Below are positions 45,180 through 53,358 of a DNA stretch of 64,000 nucleotides, piece by piece. Under the pieces are notes generated by a model that did not search any database, was not told the origin of the DNA, and was given only the letters and a program-made list of their open reading frames with translations. Each line of letters starts with the position of its first letter. Positions within the stretch are counted from its first letter, which is position 1. Source of the DNA: an uncultured Candidatus Saccharibacteria bacterium (lineage in GTDB: Bacteria; Patescibacteriota; Minisyncoccia; Phycocordibacterales; Zambryskibacteraceae); contig CAYHDI010000001.1 of the NCBI GenBank assembly GCA_964355645.1, forward strand, positions 28,778-92,777. Direction: 5' to 3'. The position numbers and the translations under genes are program-made.

Positions 45180-46070
45180 TTAGATAAAGAGTTTCTGATG
45201 AACTGGGCAGAAATGTGCACTGCGGGTACCAACAACAATTCGTTTGATAATTCCTTTGCATCCAGGTTTCAAACATTTCAAACCGGTTCTTTGATACGCT
45301 CGGTGGTAATCTTGAAACTTCCCTTTCTCTCCGTTGATATTTCTATAGTCGAACATCGAATCACCACCAAAATCAATTCCCTTTTTCAAAGTTTCTTTCA
45401 TCGCTTTGAACATTTCTTTCAATCCGCCAGCTGGCGGATTTTCTGGAATCGCCTGCACAATAGAGAGTGGATGAACGGACGTACGCCAGAGTATTTCGTC
45501 AGAATAAATATTCCCTATTCCCACAATAATTTCTTGGTCCATCAATACAGTTTTGATTTTGCCTTTCGGTTTTTTCAGTAATCCTTCTTTGAAAATTTCA
45601 AAAGTAAATTTCTTGTCTAGTGATTCTGGCCCAAGATGCAGAACATGGAGAGATTCGTCTAATTTGTCCGTTGGAATGAGAGTAATCTTCGCAAACTTGC
45701 GCATATCAGAAAACGCAAGATGTTTCTTGTTGTCTAAAGTCAAATCAAAGTGAATAAACGAGGCATTCTTCGGTGGATTGTAGAAAAAGTGGCCCGTCAT
45801 CTTCATGTGAACGAGAATAGTTTCGTGATTATTCAAATCTATCAGAACATTCTTACCTCTTCTTCTAGCTTTCAAAATTCTCGCCCCAACAATTTTCTTT
45901 TTGAATTCTTTAAAATACTTTGAATTCTTAATCTGGTTTTTATTGAAAATTGAAAATCGTGAATTGTAAATTTTCGAGCCATAGTCCGTCCAAACATCTA
46001 AAATCTTCCGACCCTTCACCGTTCGGTTCAAGCCATTCACTGTTGTTTGGACTTCTGGAAGTTCGGGCAT
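45180..46070 (-). CDS. mutM: formamidopyrimidine-DNA glycosylase (Fpg/MutM/Nei family); in-frame NPPAGG palindrome at 45423-45438
   Basis: MPELPEVQT N-terminus, H2TH, C-terminal CxxC-x-CxxC zinc finger. Confidence 0.9.
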   Translation of the reverse strand: MPELPEVQTTVNGLNRTVKGRKILDVWTDYGSKIYNSRFSIFNKNQIKNSKYFKEFKKKIVGARILKARRRGKNVLIDLNNHETILVHMKMTGHFFYNPPKNASFIHFDLTLDNKKHLAFSDMRKFAKITLIPTDKLDESLHVLHLGPESLDKKFTFEIFKEGLLKKPKGKIKTVLMDQEIIVGIGNIYSDEILWRTSVHPLSIVQAIPENPPAGGLKEMFKAMKETLKKGIDFGGDSMFDYRNINGEKGKFQDYHRAYQRTGLKCLKPGCKGIIKRIVVGTRSAHFCPVHQKLFI

Positions 46071-46071
46071 A

Positions 46072-46542
46072 TTAGATAAGGTTAAACAATGCGATACCTG
46101 TGGCCACCGAAACATTCATCGATTCTTTCTGACCTCGCATGGGGATTTCTATTATTTCATCACACTTGTTAAGAAACGACTTTGAAATTCCTTCGACTTC
46201 ATTACCCACTACTAGTGCAAACTTCTCTAGACTTTTGACTTTAAGACTTTTCAACTTTATAGACTTCTTGTCCTGCTCCAATGCAATTATTTTGTACCCT
46301 TCTTTTTTAAAATTGTTTATTGTCAATTGAATTTTGTCTATGTATTCCCATTTCACAAATTCCTCCGCGCCTAAGGAAACCTTGATGAAATCTTTACGTT
46401 TGCGCCCGAATCGGTCAATAGGAGTCGGGGTTGTGCCTACTAGGATAATTCTAGAAACCCCGAGACAATCAGCGGTGCGAAAAATAGAGCCAACATTAGC
46501 CACACTGCGTATATTGTCGAGAATTAAAATACATTCCCTCAT
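46072..46542 (-). CDS. SpoU/TrmH-family RNA 2'-O-methyltransferase
   Basis: SPOUT motifs (NVGSIFRTA, LVVGNEVEGIS, IPM.G..ESMNVSVA). Confidence 0.85.
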   Translation of the reverse strand: MRECILILDNIRSVANVGSIFRTADCLGVSRIILVGTTPTPIDRFGRKRKDFIKVSLGAEEFVKWEYIDKIQLTINNFKKEGYKIIALEQDKKSIKLKSLKVKSLEKFALVVGNEVEGISKSFLNKCDEIIEIPMRGQKESMNVSVATGIALFNLI

Positions 46543-46567
46543 ATCTTGAGTATGCTATCATAAATAC

Positions 46568-46972
46568 ATGCTTAATCCATTCCCAGAACTTTTGAGTTTC
46601 TCCCCACTTGCTCCTTTCATTCTTCGCCTTGTCTTGGGATTAATTTTCCTTGACCTCGGGATACTTAAATTCAGAAGTGAACGGGCAAGGTGGATTAAAT
46701 CTTTCCAAGCTCTTCATTTGAATCCGGCGGAACTTTTCTTGATTATTTTCGGATTGATTGAAGTGGTAGGAGGAGCTTTCTTGCTCATTGGTGCATGGGT
46801 TCAGATTTCGGCTCTCGCATTTGTCCTGCTTGTTGGTTTGGAATTCTTTGTTGAATACAAAGATAAATCTGTTTTGAAACGTGATTTTGTTTTTTATCTT
46901 CTCGTCCTCACTATCGCCATTTCCCTTCTCCTCTCCGGCGCTGGTGCTTTCGCGTTTGACGTTCCGCTATAA
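46568..46972 (+). CDS. DoxX-family membrane protein
   Basis: 4 TM with DoxX pattern. Confidence 0.7.
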   Translation: MLNPFPELLSFSPLAPFILRLVLGLIFLDLGILKFRSERARWIKSFQALHLNPAELFLIIFGLIEVVGGAFLLIGAWVQISALAFVLLVGLEFFVEYKDKSVLKRDFVFYLLVLTIAISLLLSGAGAFAFDVPL

Positions 46973-47063
46973 TCTCGACAAATAATAGTTTTTCAGCTAT
47001 AGTTTTTTTACTTTTGTATTATCCACAAAGGTAGAACCTGCGTGTGTTATAATATTAAGGTAA

Positions 47064-47136
47064 GCCCCCATAGCTCAATGGTAGAGCATTCGCCTTTTAA
47101 GCGATCGATCATGGTCCGATTCCATGTGGGGGCACA
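47064..47136 (+). tRNA. tRNA-Lys (anticodon TTT), atypical T-loop
   Basis: acceptor GCCCCCA/TGGGGGC; anticodon loop CTTTTAA; D-arm GCTCAATGGTAGAGC. Confidence 0.7.
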
Positions 47137-47966
47137 TGAATATTTTCGGTCAAAAATGTTTGGCTTTAAGGAGGTTGGGACACACATTGACTGAAATCTC
47201 TAAAATCACTGGTAGACCAAAGTCTTCGGTCTATGGATATATACAAAATATACCGTTAGATACAAAAAAACTAAAGTCTATAAAACAGGCCTCTGGTATT
47301 AGAGCCCGGAAACTTGCTCAAGATAGAAAAGGCAAAAGTAACAGAATTTTCAAAAAGTTTAACGCTTGGAATAAAGATACGATAAACATAGTTTCTCATT
47401 TTTTATTTGATGGAGAGATTAAAAAAGAAGGATGTATTTATAATAACCGTAACACTTCTTTGGTTCATGGGGTAGAAAAATCCATGAAAAAAATCTATGA
47501 CTTTAAGCCTAAATATTATTTTAACAGCAAGACCGGGGTAAGCAGAGTATCTTATTTTAATGTTGTTCTTGGTGCATATATGAAAAATAAATCAGAAGAA
47601 TTATTGAGGGAAATTTTAAATTTACCAGTGAACCTAAAACGAATATTTTTGCGTGCTTTTTTTGATGATGAGGGGTGTATGGATTATAGACCAAAACGTA
47701 ATCTCAGAAGAATACGGGGCTATCAAAAGAACAATAAAATTCTTCATCTAATCCAAAAATTGCTCAAAAGCTTTGATATCGAATCTTCTATAATTCCACC
47801 TAATGAAGTGGTTGTTTCCGGTAAAAAAAATCTGCAAAAATTTCAAGAAAAAATTAATTTCTCGTCCGGTGTAAAAATCAACGGGAAACGACCAAACAGT
47901 ATCTGGAAAAAATCTCTAGAGAAACGAGGTTTGCTTGACCAAGCCATTCGTTCTTTTAAAACTTGA
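47124..47966 (+). CDS. LAGLIDADG-type homing-endonuclease-like protein with N-terminal HTH, abutting tRNA-Lys 3' end
   Basis: two LAGLIDADG-like motifs (SHFLFDGEI, LRAFFDDEGCMD) plus HTH. Confidence 0.6.
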   Translation: MWGHMNIFGQKCLALRRLGHTLTEISKITGRPKSSVYGYIQNIPLDTKKLKSIKQASGIRARKLAQDRKGKSNRIFKKFNAWNKDTINIVSHFLFDGEIKKEGCIYNNRNTSLVHGVEKSMKKIYDFKPKYYFNSKTGVSRVSYFNVVLGAYMKNKSEELLREILNLPVNLKRIFLRAFFDDEGCMDYRPKRNLRRIRGYQKNNKILHLIQKLLKSFDIESSIIPPNEVVVSGKKNLQKFQEKINFSSGVKINGKRPNSIWKKSLEKRGLLDQAIRSFKT

Positions 47967-47991
47967 TACTGATTCCTGCTGGGCGCACCAG

Positions 47992-48435
47992 TCATAGCCT
48001 CAAAAGTATTTTCTCAATCAAAGTCTCAATCTCTCCTATTCCACGGCGGGCGTTGTGGTAGCCAACAACGAGAGATTCGGAAAGATTTTCTAGTTCATCT
48101 TTAGAAAAATTCTTCGCATAACCTTTCGCTTTTTTGTACGGGAATTCTTTCATCTCGGTCTCTGAATAATCCTTCGTGCGCGAAGCGATGAGCATCGACT
48201 TCACTATCCAAACAATTTTCCAGAAAATTTCTTCACCCACCATGCCCGAAGCAAGAGCTTTTTGATACAAAACCCAAGCCTTTTTCTTGTTCCTTGCTCC
48301 TACAGCATCGGTCAGGGAAAAAATATTGAAATCAGAGTGTTTGGATTTTATTTCATCGGTTTCCTCAACTTCTTCAACAAAATCAACATCCACCACTTCT
48401 CCAAAAATATTTTTGTGATAAAAGTCGTCGCTCAT
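47992..48435 (-). CDS. DNA polymerase III delta subunit (HolA) C-terminal-domain-like protein, short
   Basis: weak pattern match to HolA domain III. Confidence 0.35.
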   Translation of the reverse strand: MSDDFYHKNIFGEVVDVDFVEEVEETDEIKSKHSDFNIFSLTDAVGARNKKKAWVLYQKALASGMVGEEIFWKIVWIVKSMLIASRTKDYSETEMKEFPYKKAKGYAKNFSKDELENLSESLVVGYHNARRGIGEIETLIEKILLRL

Positions 48436-48437
48436 AT

Positions 48438-50855
48438 TTATATGCGTTTCATCTCACCCCAATTCTTACCCGCAGAAGCTTCGGACACAATAGGCACTCC
48501 GTAGGTTTCCTTGCCCGACATCACATTCTCCATAATTTTCTTAAATTCTTTCGATGTTTCTTCGATTAAAGAATCTTTCACTTCAAAAACAATTTCGTCG
48601 TGCACATTAAGAATGGGGCAAACATCTTTCTCCCATTTTTTCTTTTTTATTAGTTTATCAATTTCGTTCATCGAAATCTTCACGATATCGGCTTCTGTCC
48701 CTTGAATCGGCGCATTAATAGCCATCCTCTCTGCCGAGGCGCGAATGAACGGAAGAGGAGACTTCAAACCAGCGAAATATCTTCTGCGTCCAAACATCGT
48801 TTCTGTATAACCCTTCCTCTCTGCCTCAGCTTTTGTATGATCCAAATATTTTGAGAGTCCCGAGAACGTTTTGAAATAATTATTATAAAATTCCTGCGCT
48901 TCTTGTCTGTTTGTACCTAAATTTGTTTTCAAAGCATTCACCCCCATGCCGAACAACACACCGAAGTTAATCACCTTGGCTTTTCTTCTCATTTCTTTGG
49001 TTACTTCATTTTCTGAAACTTTGAAAACTCTAGAAGCTACCCCCGTATGAACATCTATCCCTTTTTTGAAAATCTCTATAAGGTTTTCATCTTTCGAGAG
49101 AATAGCTGCAATGCGAAGTTCGATTTGAGAATAATCAAGAGAGAGAAGTGAGGAACCTTTCTCGACCACGAATGCATGCCTTATGGCTTGGCCAAGTGCA
49201 GATTTAGTCGGAATATTCTGCAAATTAGGGCTCTCTGAAGCCATTCTTCCGGTAGTGGTGCCGGCTTGAAGAAAATTTGAATGCAGACGAGAATTCTGGT
49301 CTAGAAGTTTCGGGATTACATCAATATAAGTTGAAAGGAGTTTCTGAAGTTCCCGATAACCCAAAATCTTTTCAATGATTGGGTGTTTGTCTTTGAGCTT
49401 CACTAATTCTGATTCTTTGGTCGAGAATCCGCCGGTCGCGGTTTTCTTCTGTCTCTGTCCTGCGAGGTTTAATTTTACAAACAGAATTTCCCCGAGTTGT
49501 TTGGGCGAATTGATATTAAACTCTGTGCCTGATTCTTTCCAAATTTCTTTCTCAAGACGGGCAAGTTCTTTGTGATAATCCGTAGAAAGTTTTTTGAGCG
49601 CCTCTGCATCAATCTTCACTCCGTGTTCGTTCATTCTTTCTACCACTTTCATAAGGGGTTTCTCTATCTCATCATAAATATTTTTCACGCCTCGCTTGGA
49701 CAACTCGGTGTCTACGACCTTCCAAGCGTCTTTGATATTTGAGGTTTTCGTGAAGTCAAAAACATCCTGAATAGTTGGGGTAGTTAAATTTGAATCTATG
49801 ACCCACAAAGCAAGTGTGAGTTCTTTCTCTTCTTTTGTATTTGTGGGCAAAGTTGCAGAAATTCGATCGGTGTCGGAGCCCCCGGTAGAGAGGGTAAAGC
49901 CGTCGACATTTCTGCGACTTTGCCCACTGAGTAACATCTTTACTCTCTCCCCCATTGTTCTAAACTCAAGTTCTTTGAAAAGTTCAATTAAACTTTCTAC
50001 AACCAAACTTTCTTTCCACGGCTTCGGTAATTTAAAATCAATCGGCGCATCACGACGAATGGTAGCCAAAGTTTTCGAGAACAAGGCTTCTTCTTCGTTC
50101 GCCAACAACAAATCTCTCACGCGTTCGTTGATTCCGGCCTTCTTGTATTCCCCATTCTTTTTCAAAGCTTTATACATTTTCTCCACTGTCCCAAATGTGG
50201 TGATGAGTGAAGTAGCTGTTTTCTCTCCGATGCCTTTCACTCCGATAATATTGTCAGAAGGATCCCCTCGCAAACCCTTATAATCAGGCAAAAGTTCAGG
50301 CCCGAAACCAAACCGGGCATTAACTGCCTTCTCATCATAAAGAATTGTGTCTCGAATCCCTTTTTTCAAGGTATAAACTTGAACTTTCTTGTCGTCCACG
50401 AGCTGAAGAGTATCCATGTCGCCCGAAGCAATAATAATTTCCGTCTCTTTGTCCTTTTTTAATTTCTCAACAATCGTTCCGAGAATGTCATCTGCTTCAA
50501 ATCCTTTCTCTGAATAAATTGGGATGCCCCAAGCTTTGAAAATATCTTTTGAACGTTCAAGCTGAAGCACAAGGTTATCATCCGTCTTGGCTCTACCCGC
50601 TTTGTAAGCTTCATAAGCTTCGTGTCTATGAGTCGGTTCGGGCAAATCGTAGCAGGCCACGATATAATCCGATTTTAATTCTTCAATAATCTTGATGAGC
50701 ATGGTCACCACGCCGTATAGAGCCCCCGTCGGTTCACCTTTCGAAGTAGAAAACTCCGGAAGAGCATGATACGCACGATGAATAATCGCGTGAGCATCAA
50801 GAAGAACCAGACACTTTCGACTTTCAACTTTCAACTTTTTAATATTAGTCTTCAT
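48438..50855 (-). CDS. polA: DNA polymerase I (5'-3' exonuclease + polymerase)
   Basis: 5'-nuclease N-terminus (LVLLDAHAIIHRAYHAL), DYSQIELRI motif A, RRKAKVINFG motif B, HDEIVFE motif C; start likely MKTNIKKL. Confidence 0.92.
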   Translation of the reverse strand: MKTNIKKLKVESRKCLVLLDAHAIIHRAYHALPEFSTSKGEPTGALYGVVTMLIKIIEELKSDYIVACYDLPEPTHRHEAYEAYKAGRAKTDDNLVLQLERSKDIFKAWGIPIYSEKGFEADDILGTIVEKLKKDKETEIIIASGDMDTLQLVDDKKVQVYTLKKGIRDTILYDEKAVNARFGFGPELLPDYKGLRGDPSDNIIGVKGIGEKTATSLITTFGTVEKMYKALKKNGEYKKAGINERVRDLLLANEEEALFSKTLATIRRDAPIDFKLPKPWKESLVVESLIELFKELEFRTMGERVKMLLSGQSRRNVDGFTLSTGGSDTDRISATLPTNTKEEKELTLALWVIDSNLTTPTIQDVFDFTKTSNIKDAWKVVDTELSKRGVKNIYDEIEKPLMKVVERMNEHGVKIDAEALKKLSTDYHKELARLEKEIWKESGTEFNINSPKQLGEILFVKLNLAGQRQKKTATGGFSTKESELVKLKDKHPIIEKILGYRELQKLLSTYIDVIPKLLDQNSRLHSNFLQAGTTTGRMASESPNLQNIPTKSALGQAIRHAFVVEKGSSLLSLDYSQIELRIAAILSKDENLIEIFKKGIDVHTGVASRVFKVSENEVTKEMRRKAKVINFGVLFGMGVNALKTNLGTNRQEAQEFYNNYFKTFSGLSKYLDHTKAEAERKGYTETMFGRRRYFAGLKSPLPFIRASAERMAINAPIQGTEADIVKISMNEIDKLIKKKKWEKDVCPILNVHDEIVFEVKDSLIEETSKEFKKIMENVMSGKETYGVPIVSEASAGKNWGEMKRI

Positions 50856-51279
50856 ATTCAATACTCCTCGCATTATCTCCCAAGTGCCCAAAGAAAATTT
50901 TCTTCGCCTCGTTTGGAATAATTCCTTGCACTTTTTCTGGCCATTCAATGAGAATTAAATTCTCTGGTTCTTGAATTATTTCCTCCCAGCCCAAATGTAG
51001 AAGTTCTGAATCTTTTTCCAACCTATACGCATCAATATGAATCAAGTTTTTGAAACCTTGAAAATCAATCGGGTAAATTTTCTCTATTACAAATGTCGGG
51101 CTTTGCATTGTTTCCTTCACTCCTAAAAAACTTCCAACCGCTTGAGAAAACGCCGTCTTGCCCGAACCGAGCTCTCCAGCAAGCGCAACTACGACGGCTC
51201 GGTCCCCAGATTTTAATCCTTCTATAAACCCCCGTGCCACTTCGCCCGTCTCCTCCAGACTCTTAGAAATATGCTTCAT
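50845..51279 (-). CDS. tsaE: tRNA threonylcarbamoyladenosine biosynthesis ATPase TsaE
   Basis: GELGSGKT Walker A. Confidence 0.85.
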   Translation of the reverse strand: MKHISKSLEETGEVARGFIEGLKSGDRAVVVALAGELGSGKTAFSQAVGSFLGVKETMQSPTFVIEKIYPIDFQGFKNLIHIDAYRLEKDSELLHLGWEEIIQEPENLILIEWPEKVQGIIPNEAKKIFFGHLGDNARSIEYED

Positions 51280-51698
51280 TTCTCTATTGTACCATTTTGA
51301 GCTTCTGGTGCTCTAAGGATTGTTTGAGTAAGTTTATTTGTATTCCCGTGTTTCAACAGCCCTAAATAGGACTGGGTGGTTTCTTGGTTATTTTGGCTAT
51401 CTTTGAGTCTTTTAAACATTCTATTTTTTGTACTAGTTCTCAAAATTCTATAATCAGAAAAATGTACCCACCCCAGAAAATCAATACCTGAAACTAGGGT
51501 TTTAATGGAAACTTTGTTTGGATGTAATTCAAGTTTAAGAATCTGGTTTAGATAACATACGATATATCGCATGTTAAGCATAAGATAATTTTTGTTTTGA
51601 AAGAACTTTCGCACATCACATTTCAATACCCAACATTGTTTTGTGTTGTTCTTGGAAACTTTGTATGAAAATTCTCTAAACCTGTTCATATGATACAT
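51276..51698 (-). pseudogene. degenerate DGR reverse transcriptase remnant (140 aa; lacks domains 1-2 and motifs 4/5 incl. YxDD)
   Basis: N-terminus ~RT1 FAWREFKK fused to ALKCDIRKFF region; C-terminus ~RT1 thumb (LELHPNKVSI...GIDFLGW). Confidence 0.7.
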
Positions 51699-52076
51699 AA
51701 TATCGCGACCCCCCCCCCCGCAAAAGCACCCGAGGTGCTTTTTAAGGGAAGAGCAACTTATAAATATTGGCTTCAGTTATATAAACAATTTCGGAAACCA
51801 GAACGTTTTGGACTCGGTGAAAAAATAGATACACTGTTTCTAGAGGTATTAGAACTTATCTATACAGCAATCTATTTAGAAACATCAGCGAAAATACCAA
51901 AACTTGAGCTCGCTATTCTTAAATTAGACAGAATAAAATTGTTCTCTGAAATTGCTTGGGAAAATAAACTGATACTCACAGATAAATACACTCTTTTTCT
52001 AACACAACTTCAAGAAATCGGCAGGCAACTTTCCGGTTGGAAGAAAAGTTTGATAACAAAAACTTCCACCCTATAA
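51690..52076 (+). CDS. avd: Avd-like four-helix-bundle protein (paralog of 27072-27461), (C)11 at 51709-51719
   Basis: RKPERFGL...KY...L.EI....SGW pattern; ATG overlaps RT-remnant ATG in CATATGATACATATG. Confidence 0.7.
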   Translation: MIHNIATPPPAKAPEVLFKGRATYKYWLQLYKQFRKPERFGLGEKIDTLFLEVLELIYTAIYLETSAKIPKLELAILKLDRIKLFSEIAWENKLILTDKYTLFLTQLQEIGRQLSGWKKSLITKTSTL

Positions 52077-52100
52077 AAAGCGGAAGAAAATATATAGTTT

Positions 52101-52210
52101 CGGAAAAGTACCACGTTCTCGGCATTCCAACGATTCGAGTTCTCGAGCTTGTTGACGTTCACGTTCCAGCCATTCGAGTTCCGGTTCACGTTGAGAAAGA
52201 ACACTGACGC
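52101..52210 (-). repeat. DGR2 template repeat (TR)
   Basis: 110-nt match to VR 52491-52600 with ~26 differences, all but one at TR adenines (minus strand); Asn-rich TR ORF. Confidence 0.85.
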
Positions 52211-52412
52211 TTTTGTACAACAAGCCATCTATGCCACTACCCCTTGATCACTCTCGAGGTTGTATCGTATTCGGAATCTCTATTCCTTAGTTTGTTATAC
52301 CAACTGTTTATTTTTTTGTGAGTCGTGACTTACGACTCGAGCCCACCACACTAAGCGTAACAGCGAAGTGTGCCAGTGTAGCCTGATTTTATTATATGAA
52401 AATCGGGTGACT

Positions 52413-52438
52413 CTTGCGAGTCACCCGAGTAGTTTTGT
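52413..52438 (-). promoter_or_regulatory. GC hairpin TCGGGTGACTC-TTGC-GAGTCACCCGA preceded by TTATATGAAAATC, ~45 nt 3' of target2 stop
   Basis: perfect 11-bp stem; same arrangement as DGR1. Confidence 0.6.
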
Positions 52439-52483
52439 TTCTGGCCCAGATCAGAAGTGACCAAGGGTCAAAGAGACAGAGGT

Positions 52484-53143
52484 TCAGTTGCGGAAAAGTA
52501 CCACGCCCCCGGCACGCCAACGATTCGAGAACTCGAGCCTGAGGACGAACACGCGCCAGCCAAGCGAGCGCAGGTACACGTCGAGAAAGAACACCGACGC
52601 TCCATCGAAGATGGGAACCAAGTTCGCCCAACCGTCCGTGCGGAGGTGGAAGGGGTTCTCACCCCGGTCACAAGCAACGAGCATGTCGTCGACCTGCTTG
52701 GGAGAGAAACACTTGCCACACTCGACGAGCGTCCCCGCGACAAGATCGAGATTCTTCTCGATGCCGAGGTGCTCGACGGACATCTCAATGAAGTTCATCT
52801 CTGCACCGAGCTGGTAACTCGACGCACGACCTTCGATCATCGCCGGCACGGACTTCCGAAGCCAGTTGTCTAGATCTCCATCACGGTAAACGATGTGCTT
52901 ACCGCGGAAGAGATCCTTGGTCTTGCACTCGCCGACTGCTTGTACGGTGATGTTCGTGGCGAGAGCGATGAGGCTGGCAACGACTGCCTTGAAGCGGTTC
53001 TTGATCGCCTCACCCCAAAGTCTGATGGCTTCGACGGTATTCTGAATCGCCCACTGTGCATCCTCATTCGAGAACTCACGGATGGACGACTGGTGTTCGA
53101 CCACGAGGCCAGCGAGCTTGTACTGCTGTTGTTCGGTTGCCAT
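52484..53143 (-). CDS. DGR2 target protein; VR 52491-52600 at C-terminus (...NRWRAGGVVLFRN)
   Basis: VR/TR pairing; GC-rich. Confidence 0.8.
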   Translation of the reverse strand: MATEQQQYKLAGLVVEHQSSIREFSNEDAQWAIQNTVEAIRLWGEAIKNRFKAVVASLIALATNITVQAVGECKTKDLFRGKHIVYRDGDLDNWLRKSVPAMIEGRASSYQLGAEMNFIEMSVEHLGIEKNLDLVAGTLVECGKCFSPKQVDDMLVACDRGENPFHLRTDGWANLVPIFDGASVFFLDVYLRSLGWRVFVLRLEFSNRWRAGGVVLFRN

Positions 53144-53358
53144 TGTAGGCGTCTCCGTTTTTACAGCATGAATGCCAGAGGACTACCGGATTGGTAGTCA
53201 TAGCCAGAAAATGCCTAGAATTAAGCACCTTTTGGCTATGACCACCTGCAAGTTAAATTTGAAGGAACTTACTGCCCTCTATTATACACATAATTAGTAT
53301 CCTGTCAAGTTTAGAAAAATAAGCTTAAATTTAGAGCTCTTTAGAGTATAATTAAAAA

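Larger units (their letters stand above)
51276..53143 (-). mobile_element. DGR2: target-VR, hairpin, TR, antisense avd, degenerate RT remnant
   Basis: components below. Confidence 0.8.

Noticed and set aside
52457-53197. ORFs 52457-52873(+), 52468-52788(-), 52488-52817(+), 52870-53079(-), 52895-53197(+) inside the DGR2 target region
   Set aside because: Same GC-rich artefact; only 52484-53143(-) ends in the VR.
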